From NCBI GenBank assembly GCA_026770705.1, contig JANJGN010000005.1, forward strand, positions 184,016,001-184,080,000: 64,000 nucleotides of DNA. Direction: 5' to 3'. This DNA comes from Isurus oxyrinchus (Eukaryota). Numbering within the stretch: the stretch's first letter is position 1; every line of letters starts with the position of its first letter. A program made the translations under genes and the position numbers. Below are positions 13,554 to 27,299 of the stretch, one piece after another. Under the pieces are notes generated by a model that was given only the letters and a program-made list of their open reading frames with translations, was not told the DNA's origin and did not search any database.

Positions 13554-14650
13554 ATCACAAGGGGTCTGAACAGAGTAGATAGGGAGAAATTGTTCCCTTT
13601 TGCAGAAGGGATCAAAACCAGATGACAATGATTTAAGGTGATTGGCAAAGAAGTTATGGCAACATGAGGAAAAGTTGTTTTTCTTATGCAGCGAGTGGTT
13701 AGGATCTGGGATGCATTGCCTGAGAATGTGGTGGAGGCAGATTCAATCATGGCCTCAAAAGGGAATTGGATATTTATCTGAAGAGAACAAATTTGCAGCG
13801 TAATGAGACAGTCTTTCTGTAAAGCTGAGTTATTTAAAAAAGTCCCCGAGGGAAATTTTAAACAACTCTCATAACCTATATTTTTAAGTGGTATGTTTGA
13901 GATGCAACTCTAAATTCAGGAATCAGGCCACCAGTTTGAGAGGTTTTATATTAAACTAAATGAAAAATTTTATTAATTTACACAAGTTAAATATATACAC
14001 ATGGCTACAAATTACTATTATAACTTTTAACAACTTCCCCAAACTAATCTCCATTAAGGCAACAGCAACGCATAGGTTTAACCAGACACCATGCAAAGCA
14101 TTTTCAACTTAAAAATTCAAAACGAGGTTCCTTTCAATTTGGTTCCTGCTTAGTTACTTCGATCTTACATCGTCTCTGCCCCGCACACACAAAACTGCTT
14201 TCCTTATACCTAGCACCACTCATTGAATGTAAATTCTCACTGTACCACCAGTCTCTTCTAACAATAAGATCCCTTCCATAGTACCAATTTTATTAGTAAT
14301 ATAAACATATTGTTTGGTCTCTGCTAGCTAGGTGCCAGATTTCACTCGCCTTCTCGAATGCTATTTTCAAGAAATGCAAATGCACTCCTCCTCTCTTACA
14401 TCTCAAAGCTGGTACACATCAAAGCACCCAGACTAGCTGGCTTTAATCCAATTAAGACACACCCACAGAGTAAACCTCTATTTTAAAAAGAAAAATATTT
14501 TCCAATAAAATATACATTAATAGTTTCATGACAAGAGCTATAGAGAAAAGCAAGGAATGGGGCTAGGTGAGTTGTTCTCGCAGAGGGCATCATGGACATG
14601 ATGGGCCTAATAGCCTCCCCTTTTGTGTTGTGCCCATTCTTTGATTCGAT
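13554..14650 (+). mobile_element. CR1 3' end nested in the L2 tail, itself split into 13554-13800 and 14534-14650
   Basis: gggagaaattgttccctttt...gtggtggaggcagattcaatc...aatttgcag, then agagctatagagaaaagc...gatgggcctaatagcctccc. Confidence 0.8.
13799..14533 (-). mobile_element. Probable solo LTR inserted in the CR1 3' UTR
   Basis: About 735-bp insertion cleanly splitting a CR1; right end tcatgaca, left end (c)gtaatga; no ORF; TSD imperfect (agcg/agag). Orientation is tentative. Confidence 0.6.
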
Positions 14651-16479
14651 TAAGCTATTTGTATTCTATCCCAATATTGCATGCGGCTCAGTGTCAAATT
14701 TTGTTTGATAACGCTCCTGGGAAGTGCCCTGGGACGTTTGACTATATTAAAGATGCTACATAAATTGCAAGCTGTTGCTGTTATAGTTGTTGATGATCCA
14801 TGATGAGTGACTTGCTCCCACTCCTTCAATAATATCAATCTGACTGGTCACTTGGAGATGTTCAAGTATGGTCCAGTGGCTATGCTGCCTTCTATCCCAT
14901 TGACTTTTGTGCAGTAACCTCCCACGGAGTATGGCTAATGTTAGAAATTCAGAATTCAGCTGTATGTGGGTGGTGGAGAAGAACTCATATCTCACCACTC
15001 TATGATGCTACGTTATGATGTTCTGTTGTACTGCCTCCTTTCCTATTTATATCAAGGTAACTCCATTTGAAAAAGAAATCGCACCTATGCCACAAGTAAA
15101 ATTTTCAATTCATTTTCTCATAGAATAACCATACTAACAGCAATGAGATTATTATCATGAAGGTAAGTTGAAAATACAATACTCAACTGAAGAGAATAAT
15201 TTCTTACAGCTCTAACTGAACTTGATGCATAACACTATTGATATAATAGCTCTCAAGATAACTAAATTTCTATTTTGTGATTTGCTTATAGGCTTATTTT
15301 CTCACTACATGGTTAGTACTCAGTCAGAAACAACACACAATAACTGAATTTTGCTGTCTGATGGACACATGGTAACAATGCCCTGTAGGAGGCAGTCAGG
15401 ATTTGTCAGTAAACTCTAATTGCTCACCTTTTTAAAAATTCAACCGTTAAGAAGGTATGCAGCAATTTAAATAAAACAATGCTTTAACACCACACTGTAG
15501 TAGGTACTACAGGTCTGATCAAAACACATTAAATATTCAATAAAAGCATGTTATTTTTAAAAACAAGTTGCCAAAAAACAAGACAAGAACACATCCAATC
15601 CATATGCAGGATTAGCCAGCTGCATGTAAAATGTCACACTGCATAGTTTAAAAAAAGCATCCATCCCTGTTGGTTAATTAAGGTCTGAAACTGACCTTTA
15701 TCAACGGTAAGCACAACTTTATCTAACAAGGTGAAGTTTAAGAAATTTGAGTAAATTAAAAAAAACATTGTATTTAGTATTGAAACCTGTAACTGTGCAA
15801 AATAAAAGGCAATAAACATATAATTCAGCAAATGCACACAGATAGCCCCTTCAAGTTACAAGAGAATAAAAGATCTGCATCAAATCTTTTTAAAATAATC
15901 TTTCTCAAAACATGTTAAAAGGTATTTTTAATTGAGTATTTTTAACACAATGCTTTATGTATTATTTTAAAAAGGTTAACAATGCTTTATCTTAAGGGCA
16001 GTGATAGCCGCCAGCAGTTTACATAATTATATACCATGCACACATTTATTTCAAGCGTGCTGCCAAATGTGTGCCTCCAAATTCAACACTGAACTACAGA
16101 AACTTCTATTTTATTAAATTTTAATTTCAGCCTTCCAGGACTGCTAACCACTAAATTAGTAAAATTTTAGGCACTAATGTTTTAATAAACTGCAAACCTC
16201 AAGGAAAACAGCTTTTGGTTTAGTTTCCAATTTCCTCGTCACATAACCATTAATGCATGTGCAAAGTCACCAGAAAGAATCCAATTGTAACAGACTGCTC
16301 TAACCAACAGAAATGTAAATGCTCTCATACAAGATTTTAAAAAAAGGAACATATCAATGGTCTCAGAGTATGCCAAGCTGTTATACCAGGATGGATATAT
16401 TTCATTATGTACCATTTAAACACGGTTTCCCTCACTACCAAATTCACCTTTCGCCCTGGCAATAGTATGAGATTAAGCT

Positions 16480-16990
16480 AGTCAACATTAACATTGGTGT
16501 CACATACAATCCTGAGATGAGCTTCTGGCCTCAAATTCGTGCCATCACTAAGGCCGCCCCTATCACCCCTAGCAGTCATCAGCTCCCAGTCGAGAAACCT
16601 CTTGATTTTAAAATTCTCATTCCTGTATTCAAATCCCTCCATGGCTTTGCCCCTCCCTATCTCTAAAATCTCCTGCAGCCCATAACCATGATAGCGGCAC
16701 TCCTCTAATTCTGACCTCTTGTACTTTTCCAATTATAACTGTTCCATCATTGGTGGCCATGCCTTCAGTTGCTTAGGTTCTGGAATTCCCTCCATACACC
16801 TCTCTCATCTTTCTAATTCAGTCTTCTCCTTCAAGACGCTCTTTCAAACTGCCTTTTTGACCAAGTTTTTGATCATCTGCCCCTTCATTGGCTTGATGTT
16901 ATACTTGGTTTTATAATACTCCGATGAAGCATCTTGGGACATTTCATTTTGTTAAAAGGTACTATATATGTTGAGGTTGTTGCTGTTAGG
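16480..16990 (+). mobile_element. L2-type LINE 3' end
   Basis: cccctatcaccc...gattttaaaattctcattcctgtattcaaatccctccatggc...ttaaaaggtactatatatgttgaggttgttgctg. Confidence 0.8.
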
Positions 16991-19932
16991 TTTTCGCAGA
17001 AGATTTTCACTCCAATTTCTTCCACACTTTATAAGCAAGTGTACTCTCTAGCGATAGCTTAGCAAAAGACAAATTTATCCATAATGAAAAGACTGTCAAT
17101 TTGAATCTGTTTTCAAAACTAACTACCTTTGATAATTAGTCAGAAAATCTGACATTACATGTGGCAATACAATACATGGAAAAATGAAGGTGTTATTTAT
17201 GTTGCTTTCTTGCAGCAATGCAGGTTTTGTCTGCATCAGCAAACTGCCCGGCCACTATAAGTCATTATATCACAAATGGATTTTTAAAAAAAGAGTTTAT
17301 GATGTTGTTACACATAGTACCACTTCCTCCACAAGGTAAGTCTTTCAAATTTAAACCAGTTCCATTAACCCTGATTCAGTTTCTTGTGGAGTAGATAACC
17401 AGCAAAAGGCCAAATTTTGAAACCTTTTAGTTTACTCTGATGCATCACCTTTACCACTGAATGCAGAAGCTTTTAATATTAGAAAAGAGCTGACTGATCC
17501 TCTAACTTAGAAAAAATGATCTGGGTAGCAGAAGGCTCATGAACAGCATTCTATGTATGTATTTAAGTTCACAAACATACACACAGAAGTCTGGATTAGA
17601 ATGGGGTGGAAACAGGCAATTTAACTCCACACTGGCCACAAAAAAAAAATCAATAAATGATAATATTGTCAAACTGCACTACTGTCAATATTTGAAAATC
17701 AAGTTAATTCTGAAAGCAATTAGATCAAAAGTGCAATAGAGTGGGAATTCTAGATGCAAGGGTTGGTTGGTTTTCATGCTTGATGCTCAGACACTCCTAT
17801 AGTTGCAGAGTTAACCCTCTGATGACTACTACAAAAATTGACACCAAATATAAAAAACAGCAAGTTTCAGACTTGGTGTTGAAAGTCTGAGTTTAATTTT
17901 TCTAAATAAAAAAATACAAATTAATAAATACTCTTCAGTTATTTACATAAGTTTAGATGTATTGTTGGATAATGAAATGTTTTATGGAAGCCAGGAAGAG
18001 AACTCAATATTCTCAGGGCTAATACAATGGCATTGACAAGCATATATGTTCCTGTGAGAGTAAAATCAGTGTCACTTTAAAGCAAGTACAGTACAAGAGT
18101 AAATCACCAAGTCACAATTCAATAAGTAAACGCTGCCAGCATTTTAATATTGCAACACTTGCAAATCACAACTATCATATTTTTAATTGATATAAATACT
18201 TATTGTTTCTGAACAGTGACCTACTGTTAGGGCTAATCTCAGTAAGGACATTACCGAGCATTGAATGGTCAGCATGCTTGAATAATAATGCTCACTTTAT
18301 TCAACACTGTATGTGGTAACACTGTGGTATTCAACACTGTATGTACGTCTGATGTAAACAGCTAAAATTCTGCTGCCTAGCAAAGCTTATGTAGGGTTTA
18401 CCAGGAGTAGCACTTTGCTAATTGGCACAAACGGCTTTATTTTAAAAAGCAGCATACACTCTAAATATATTAGGGTTACTCGTGGATTATTTTAACTTCA
18501 TGCCACAATTATACTTGTTAAAATAATAACCATGCAGATCCTTGTAATGCAAGGCGAATTTTGAAGGAAAATGATATTGTTCAGAACTAACAATGCTTGT
18601 CTGAAGGGAAACATAATGATACATCCCATTATTATTCACACAATGACTCAGAGCACCTACCTCTGTGTCAGAGACAGTTGAAAGCATCTTTTTATTAGAA
18701 AAACAAATCAATATGCTCTAGGGCTTACAATAACTGCTGCAGGCAATTTGTATTATCACTCCTTTCACAGGGATCCACGCTTAGAATAACTTATGACAAT
18801 TAATACTATGAAACAACTGATTGTCACAAGTGATGAGTTGTAGTGCCTTTTTTGATAAGCTCAATCAAGTGAATTTCCATCAAGTATGCTACATCATTTC
18901 CACTTGTGGGTAAATACAATTGCATTAGACATGATAAAATATAGCCTTTACATAAATGTGGGTGCTAGCATCATTCATAAAATATTAACTGTAATCAAGA
19001 TCTATAACTTACTTCCTGAAAATGCACAAAGTGATGAACATTGAGAAACTTAAAAAGAACTAGATTTTAGGTGCCCTCAGTCTGGCTTTGGGTTTTCAAT
19101 TTACCATACAAGGATGCACTGAATGTTTTTCAGAAGATAAAGCAGAATTGCACCACTTTATACAAAGCAAAAAACTTTTTTTAACCTTTTTAATGTAGAG
19201 AAGAGCATGTCAGTACAATAACAGGCAACTACCCAAACAATAAATGAAAACAATACAATTAAGTGAATTCAGAACAGGAGTACAGTAAAAGCAATAGCAA
19301 TATTGATGCCAAAGGTCCTTAAAGCCATCACTGCAGCTGGTTAAGAATCTTACCCAATTGAAATGCATTTTATAGATTAAGTGCACAAACCATTTTGATC
19401 AATTATGTTAAGCTGGGTCACTTTTAAGTAAATTCCATTAATTTTTGTGCATTCCTAAATCATTCTTGCCTGAAAGCAAGAACAAAAAAAAGTCACCAAG
19501 AGAACAACAGAAGATGGTAGCCAGCAGCAAAAGACAAAAAAAACATGCCTTTTAAAATTTCAAATTTGATTCATCCCTGTTCCTCTTAGGTCAATATAAT
19601 TTACTCATCAAGAATCTGTTTGGTATTCACAAGTTATCATCTTGTTATGCCTTAACATGTTTGACATTGCACTCGATTTGTGAAGTGGTTGCTGTCTCAA
19701 GGCAAATTATGCATTTGGAAACTTGATTTCTGAGCTGCAACAATTTGTGCACAAAAAAGATAAAGTAAATATCTGCAAAACTAACTTGTCAAAATAAACA
19801 AGAAATAGGGATGAGAGAGAAAAATTGCCTGGCACAATATTGAAACACTCGAACAGACAAATTTAAATAACTAGATTTTACAAATGCAATGAAAAAAGAA
19901 TAAAACTTGTTTAAAACTATACTAGAACTTAC

Positions 19933-20009
19933 TTTATTTTTGGGATTGGAAGTATTCATTACACTGCGAGTTTCTTTTCCAGTATAAATGACCACCCCTA
20001 TCACAGTAC
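19933..20009 (-). CDS. ATP9B: ATP9B internal coding exon (77 nt, phase 1-0): (G)[25 protein letters not shown]
   Basis: ttttgcag|GTACTG...AATAAA|gtaagt; lies within ORF 19789..20028; [10 protein letters not shown] is a P4-ATPase motif and the residues are ATP9B-type. Confidence 0.96.
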
Positions 20010-21829
20010 CTGCAAAAAAAAGTGACAATAAAACTTAATATTTATGAACCAAAGAACTGTTGCCAAGTTTCACTGGTAAAGAGTCTGACTTGACAAAATT
20101 ATGTATCATGTTATGCAATGGCTTGTATTGCAAAATAATGGGACATATCATATCAATATATAGAATCCACAGCCAGAAAATTCATGCTAAATTTTGGAGC
20201 TTGACTTTAGAACAGTCGCAGAAAAGGATTCAATATATCTGAAAACTGAAAAAAATGCAAATTAAAAAAATCATTTCCAGAATGGAAAGCTGTGACACTT
20301 AACAGGGGTTGATTGATCAATAACCACATCTTATTCATCAATGGCCACATCTTACTCATCACCATCATTTCAGCTGAATTTCCACGATACTTTCCAAGTA
20401 ATTATTTTTAAAGATCAGTATTATTAGAGTGCACATCCAAAAGCACATCGAAAGAGCTCATTTAAAAAATATATTTTTGGAGCCTTCTAGGGCACAGATA
20501 GAAAAAAAAGTAAGATTCAGTGAATCACGTTTGGCAGTTAGGAAGGCGAGAGGAATTAGCAAACAACTCATTAAAGGTACTAAATTACGGTAGAGACAGA
20601 CCAGCATCACAATGAATGTTGTTAACAATTCAGAATTTCAACCTTCCGACATTAACAAGCTATGAAACACACCAGCGTCTCTGACCTTTACTTGCCCTCT
20701 CAACACTAAATATAATAGTGTGGAGCATACCAAGGCACATATTATTGTACATTACTTTAAAAATTGGTACTCAAAAAAGATTAGAAAAAATGTACATTTT
20801 ATTGTTTCATCTACCAATTAAGAAAAATCTGTCAGGAGCATTCTGCAGCTGTACTACAAAAATCACTTAATTTTTGTCATTTGGCCTGGTATGCTTTCAT
20901 ATGCATGATACTCAGAGGGTTAATTTTCTTCTGGCACAGAATGTCTGGAAAAATGTCTTAATGTACTGAGAATTTGTGAATTTCCCTGTGGTTGATAGTT
21001 ACAGACAAAATCCTGTTTAGACACGCAGTCACTACATATCGAGGTCAATCTGTGGGTCAAGGTCAGGCTAGGGAAGAGTGCTTAGGGAATTGCATGGGGA
21101 ACACCTCAAAACCTTCAGCTCCTATTGCCGCTGCACCGACAATTACAGAGGAGACAGACCACAAATCAATACTGTGGAGGATCACTAACACCAGACTGAT
21201 GTAAGTATATGAGGGTTCAATGCACAGTGGAAAAATAAGATGCAATAAATCCAGACGATAAGTGTCCCATTAGTATTTTTATTAGTTGATGCAATTTCTG
21301 AAAGGTTTATTAATAAGGCATAAGTGGTATATTGATACAAGAACGTCCCTGCTGGATATTACAAAGCAAACCTCAAGTATAATATAGCAATGTAAATGGA
21401 AAATGCATTCATCTGGCATTTGTTTCAACTAATGGGTTGTAATAAACCATCTTAGTCTGTTACTGCTTCCCCAACAGAGGGAAAAATGCCAATTCCCCTA
21501 TTCCAATTATTTAAAATTGGGGTGGAGCTCTGCTCTATGCATTAGGTCATTAACTCACTCAAAAAATACTTGTAAATAGACTTGCTTATGGAAAAAAGTG
21601 CCTGCACATTACGGTAAAGATTTCCTACGAGGAAAAATTAATGCAATGAAAAGCTGCATTGAACTGAGCTTCATTGCAATCAAATTTTGCAGTTATCTAA
21701 AAATAAATGGTTTAAGCGATTACAACATGCCTACGCCCACTCAAATGCTTGTTATTTTGATTACAGGCTACCACCACTACCGAGAGAGAATTTGGTACAA
21801 TGCTAGCCATGCAAACGTAGATATTATAC

Positions 21830-22410
21830 TGGATTACATTTCTGAGGATCACCTCTATAAGACTGCCCATTACTACCCCTTTTTCAACTCATCTCCTGCT
21901 GAAAGCCTCATCCTTGTCTTTGCAACCTCTAGGCTTGACTATTCTCCAATGCTCTCTTTACTAACTACCCACTTGGCATCCTCCCTAAACTTGAACTCAT
22001 CCAAAACCATGTTCACCATATCTTAACATGTGCCAAGTTCTGTTTAGCCCTCACCCCTGTGCTCACCTACACTGGCTCCCAGTGCAAGAACCTCTCAATA
22101 CTAAAACTCTCATCCTTGTTTTTAAATCTTTCCTTCACCTTCATCTCTGTAACCTCCTCCAGCCATATGACCCTCAGATTTCAGAGTTCTTCCGAATCTG
22201 GCCTCAGCCTCCTTGGCCCCAAGCTCTGTAATTTCGCCCCCCACCCCCGCCAAAACCTCGCTACCTTTTTCTATACTAGTTGAAACCAACATCAAACAAA
22301 ACTTTTCTCACCTGTACCAATATCTCAAGCTTTGTTAGTTAATACTTCTATGAAATGCCTTGGGATATTTTAACATAGCTAAAGATGCTATATAAATTCA
22401 AGTTGTCATT
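21830..22410 (+). mobile_element. L2-type LINE 3' end
   Basis: ORFs 21598..22026 (AESLILVFATSRLDYS) and 22028..22231 (LHWLPV) carry L2 RT C-terminal motifs; tail gatgctatataaattcaagttg. Confidence 0.85.
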
Positions 22411-22859
22411 TTTATGGATTGAACAAAATAATAGAATTATTTATGCAGATATGAACTAAATGGTATGTTAATCTGTGATAGCTAAAAATGCATGGTACAA
22501 CTGGATTCAAACAGCTGGAAATTTAGAAGAAATCCAATCTAAAGCTTTATGGTAAATAAATGCCTTTTGGGCATCACTTAAAATATTACAGCTCTACTGA
22601 GTGCACCATCTGCAAATAACTTGTGAATAAATGTGAGGATGTATTGGGCAACAGGACTAGAAAATCTTTCAAAGAAGTCTTACAGTCAACACTTTAGAGC
22701 CAGGAGTTAAACCCCGTAGTTAATGTTTTATCTGTCCTACATTCCTTTTATTTACATTTGTGTTTAAACGCAATGCACCGACTGTGAAGTACGGGTGCTT
22801 CCATTTAACGACTGGTATTTAACTTTATTCTTTATTACAGAACCCACCCCCAGATTATT

Positions 22860-23470
22860 AGGATTCCTTCAGACTTCATATTCTCTCTGTCACAAAGACT
22901 GCCCACTCCCACTTATGTAATATTCCCTTTTTCCACACTGACCTCATCTATCTGCTGCTGAAACTCACATCCAGACTCAAATATTCCAATGCTCTTCTTG
23001 CTAGCCTCCCATCTTCCACCCTCCATAACCTTGGGCACATCCAAACTTCTGCAGCCTATATCCTAATTCACACCAAGTTCTGTTCACCCATCATCCTTTT
23101 GGCTGCTGATCTACATTGATTCCTGGTCTTAATTTTTTAAAAAAAAAACCTTAGCTTAGTGTTCAAAATTCCTCCACAGGTTCATCATTCTCCATCTCTG
23201 TAACCTCCCTTAGCCTTACAACTCAGAAGTCTGCCAACTCCGGGTTCTTGTGCATCTGTCATTTACTTTGCTGGTCACGTCTTCAGAGTATCAGTCATGA
23301 GCTTTGGGATTCTCTCCTTAAAAACACTGCTCAATTTCCCTCTTTGACCTAGCATTTGGTCACGTATCCTAACATCTCCTCCTTTGACTCTCCTCAATTT
23401 CTCTCCGATTCCACTCCTGTGAAGCACTTTAAGATGTTTAACTATGCTAAACAAACTAAATAAATACTGT
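22860..23470 (+). mobile_element. L2-type LINE 3' end
   Basis: atattccaatgctcttcttgctagcctccc...gctgatctacattgattcctgg...ccactcctgtgaagcactt. Confidence 0.8.
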
Positions 23471-24494
23471 ACACGTAACTGTAGGATTCATACAGGCCAA
23501 ATATTTCAGTTAGACAAGAAACCTGTATTCAAGCTGCACCAAAAGGCAAATACTTGCCAGCAGAGCAGAAATATCCAAACAGTATCAACTTCATTCTTCT
23601 GGGGGCATTTTAATTGAAATTAAGACAGACATATTTCCACATTCGCAACTATACATCATAAGAAGGGAAAAACTCAATGGCTGCATACAAAGTATATGAA
23701 AATCATGTGAGGTCTCAATCTTGCACCAAAAGATGTCTGATGAGGTTAGGCTTCAAATCTATTTCACTGGCCAGGACAAACTGATCTACAAGTAGAAGAA
23801 TACTGCAGATGGGCATGCATGGAACATGCTTCAAGATAAGGTTTAGGAGATGTAAATAGTCAAATACTCCAGGAATACTGCAGAAGGGAAAGTTCAGAAA
23901 CTGACCCTGATGAATTTCTTCCTTTAAATGCTGCACACTATATCATCAGAGGTTTTCCTAACGGTCTTGGGCGACAAGGGCTGAAGTTTAAATGCTGCAG
24001 TGCACATAGATCTTTTAACAATACATTTTATTTGCAATGCACAAACTGCATTACTCTGAGAGGCGATATAATGTTCTTGCCATAACCAGAAACAAATCAG
24101 AATTTATCAAGGTATTAGTAAAACTAGCATCTTTTTACTTTGTGACTTTTATACTCTTTAAGCTGTTAGAAAAAAATCAGAATTGCATTGAATTAATTTT
24201 GTTTCAAGTCTTTTTAAGGTCACTTTACAAAAATATTCAACTCAGTTACCAAATTTAGTTCTCGAAATACATGCAATTGTGTTAAAAAATTTAAAATGAT
24301 TCTCCGTCAACCAATACTAAAAGCAACAGGATAGGCTTAATAGAAAATTACATAACCTGATGCTTAACTATCTCCAAATGACTTTCAAATAAAATCTTAC
24401 ATTCATTTTGGTTTAAAAGAAATGCTATAAACTTCAAAGGGTTACATACTTAATGTCAAGTCATTATCTACGAGTAACCAAATAACATACTCAC

Positions 24495-24570
24495 CAGAAG
24501 CTACTACTGTGCTGGCCCAAAGTGTGTTTTCTGTACTCAGACTTTCATGGATGAAAGGATCACTATCTTC
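24495..24570 (-). CDS. ATP9B: ATP9B internal coding exon (76 nt, phase 0-1): [25 protein letters not shown](G)
   Basis: ttgcag|GAAGAT...TCTG|gtgagt; continues the frame of the 81-nt exon; P4-ATPase actuator-domain ESLSxENTLWA motif. Confidence 0.95.
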
Positions 24571-24789
24571 CTGCAATTAATTAAATGCAAAAATATTTTG
24601 CATTTGTGCAATAAAAAAGGGCAGTGTTAATATAAAACAATGATTTACCAGTAATGCTTACAACTGCAAAACAAGGTCAACAGGCTTTATTCTAGGGTGA
24701 TTAATCTTCAAATCAGATTACAATAGGCTGTGCAATTTTTTTGCCTTACTGTAAAGGGTCAGAGAAACAATTGCAAGAGGAGTTTTTTT

Positions 24790-25180
24790 GCAATGGGATT
24801 CCTTCTCTTTCTCTGCAAATTTTCTTCCCTTGCCCCTATAGGCATCAGTTACTTGCTGGTGTGCAGTTCCATAAGTAACTTAATCACTTCATCAAGTGAC
24901 CATTGGTCAACAACGGTATCTACCATGTGGGAATCACCTGTTGATCTCGATCCTATGCTCATCCCTTATCCAGCAGGGCTCATTAAATCATATGCAAAAG
25001 TCGGAAACTAGGTTAGATCTTCCTCTCTGTAACCCAAGGCACCAAGGCCAATTATAGTTTTGGCATCACTGCTTGTGGCTGAGATCAACTATCTTTGTGC
25101 AGCTGAAAGATTAATTCTAGGACACCTCTGGTCTCTACAGCTCAAATACACACCGAATTAAAGAGTCAGTGGAGCTAAAC
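24790..25180 (-). mobile_element. Ancient tRNA-derived SINE (LF-SINE-like), degenerate
   Basis: Reverse complement contains agttgatctcagcc...ctataattggcct...gggttacagag, matching the plus-strand copy at 56390-56530 (ttagctgatctcagcc...aactagcctcccaagttagg). Confidence 0.5.
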
Positions 25181-26009
25181 TTAATGTTACTTCAAAAGAA
25201 GCTCTTTCCTAATGCTTTCTGCATAACCATATTAAAGCAACATTAAGATCATAATCATGCTAATTTAATGTTGTTTGAGAAACACCACAGTTAGCTCCTG
25301 GAATATACAAAGAATTAGTTAAAAGGGATGCAACAGCCAAAAGCTTTAATTAGCTTAGGATGCACTATCCATAACATAGCCTGTGCATTAATATACATCA
25401 GTGACCAGCCAATAGGTTTTCAGTCACAAAAGTAACATGGGACAAAACTGTTATATCTTCGATTTCTGTTTTCATCATCACTATTTTGCTATTTGGTCAA
25501 TGTCACACACATTAGCAGACGTCATGTTTCATAATAACGTAATAACAATTGCTGTTAGTAGGTAAATGCAATTGGGTGGAACTTTCTGCACAAAGCACCA
25601 GCGTTTCTGCCACCCATGAAGGACACTTTCAGCCCCATGATGTTCAGCTATTCAGACTCCTCAGAAATAAGTATTTTCTTGAAACTGCAAGTCAAAAACT
25701 AGCACAATAAGTAGATGATCATGTAAACTGAAGCAGTTCAAATATCCCCCACACGAGAGTTTGACCAGCCTGACGTGAAAAATATATATTTTATATAATG
25801 TGTATACATTTCAACGACAACTGCCTATAAAATTTCACAAATGATTTTTGCTGCAGTTCTTATAGTAGCTGTTAATCATAGTTTCACAAAAATACAATTA
25901 GATAAGATCAAAAGATTGATTCTCACAACTCGCTCATTTCAGAATGCGCCTGTTTTTGGATATCACCTGTTCATTCCATCAACTGAGGCAATGCTATTGT
26001 AATATGTAT

Positions 26010-26600
26010 TGGGTCAAATTTTCAGTGGGGGAACTCCATGCTATTCCTTCAATGGGAGTCCTTCGCTAAAACGTAACTTTTCCATTTCAGGCAGGGTTGC
26101 CCCCCCCCCCCCCCCACGCCGGCTCGGGGGTCAGATCCGGCCCGTTGCACTTCTTCATCAGGCTCGCAGGAAGATTTTCAAAGCCCTGCCCCATCCCTGT
26201 GTGCTGCACTCTTAGCCACCCACCGCCATGTTCTGATGCCCGAGCCTCAGCCGCAGTCACCATAGGCCCAGGCTGTGGAGAGAGAGCAAGGCCAAAGATG
26301 CAGGAGCAGGAGCGGAGGGCATGAATGGGAAACTGCCAGCTCTCGATCAGGTGATGAATTGTGAATAACCCAGGGCAAGGGAGAAAGGGAGCAGGGCACC
26401 CGGATTCATCGGTTGCTCAGTCCCCTCCCAGCTCCACTGGCGTCAGCACCACGGCAGGGGCTCAGTGCTTGCAGACTGAGGAAGAGGCCCAGGCTCCAGG
26501 CCCAGGTGCAGCCTTGGACTGGGAGTTGGCCAGAGACTTGAGTTGTTGGGTCACTGCCCTAGGTTGGTTTGGGGGTGAGACAGAGCGGGAAAGGAGAGGG
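26010..26600. mobile_element. GC-rich insertion, likely a DNA-transposon remnant
   Basis: Abrupt GC/CpG-rich island starting gggtcaaattttcag with a long C run; right terminus not resolved; overlapping ORFs show no recognisable domain. Confidence 0.4.
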
Positions 26601-27299
26601 AGAGACAGAGTGACACAGACAGACAGAGAGGGAATGGGAAAGGAAAGCCAGCAAAAAGTTGAGCTGAATTTCAGGGGTGCTGTGATTGAGACACAGCAGC
26701 TGTGCTACGCATTAAGTAAAAGCAAATTCAGTCATTGTATTAAAGCAGTGGGTGAGTTGAACGTTTCTGTATTCTCTCTTAAAAAAAGTTTTTTTTTTTA
26801 ATGTGTATGGGGTCCATGACTGATTTTGTCTATGTGCAAGTGGAGTGGCCCTTGATAAGGGAAAGGTTCCCACCCCTGATTTAAGAGAAACATGATACTG
26901 ACTATGGTTGGATTCTACTGCATTTTTGGATTTAACAACTAATTCACTGTGAATCAGCACCCATTCTGTAGCCAAGAATACTACCACTGGAGGCTGCACT
27001 CAATTAGAAACGATATCAGTAGATGGCAGACCAGAAGCCAAATTTAAATATTAGGTCAATTTGTGGTTGGGGGGGGGGGAAACGGGTTATGTAGGGTCTG
27101 GCCACCCTCCTGGGCTTCACTTTGGTGTTGGAGTCACTAAACACAGGGCAACTGACACACTAAAAGTTGTGAACTTGCTTATTTTTCTCATCTAATCTTA
27201 GAGTAGAGGAATGGCTCTGACCAGAGTTGGGTCCAAAGAATTATATTTCCTTTAATTAATTTTCAAAGCGTAGGTGTGACTGGCAAGGAGAGCATTTTA

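Larger units (their letters stand above)
13320..14795 (+). mobile_element. L2-type LINE tail split into 13320-13553 and 14651-14795
   Basis: ccttaaaagctagctctgaccaa stops at 13553 and resumes as aagct...ggctcagtgtcaaattttgtttgataacgctcctg...ttaaagatgctacataaattgcaagctgttg, the same tail seen at 16.9 and 46.7 kb. Confidence 0.75.

Noticed and set aside
18298-18345. Short direct repeats (tattcaacactgtatgt), and a 21-bp tandem at about 20323-20360
   Set aside because: Ordinary slippage duplications; no spacer pattern, not CRISPR-like.
26009-26801. Overlapping GC-rich ORFs; possible CpG-island promoter or nested gene
   Set aside because: No recognisable domains; GC richness explains the lack of stops; a transposon remnant is more likely.
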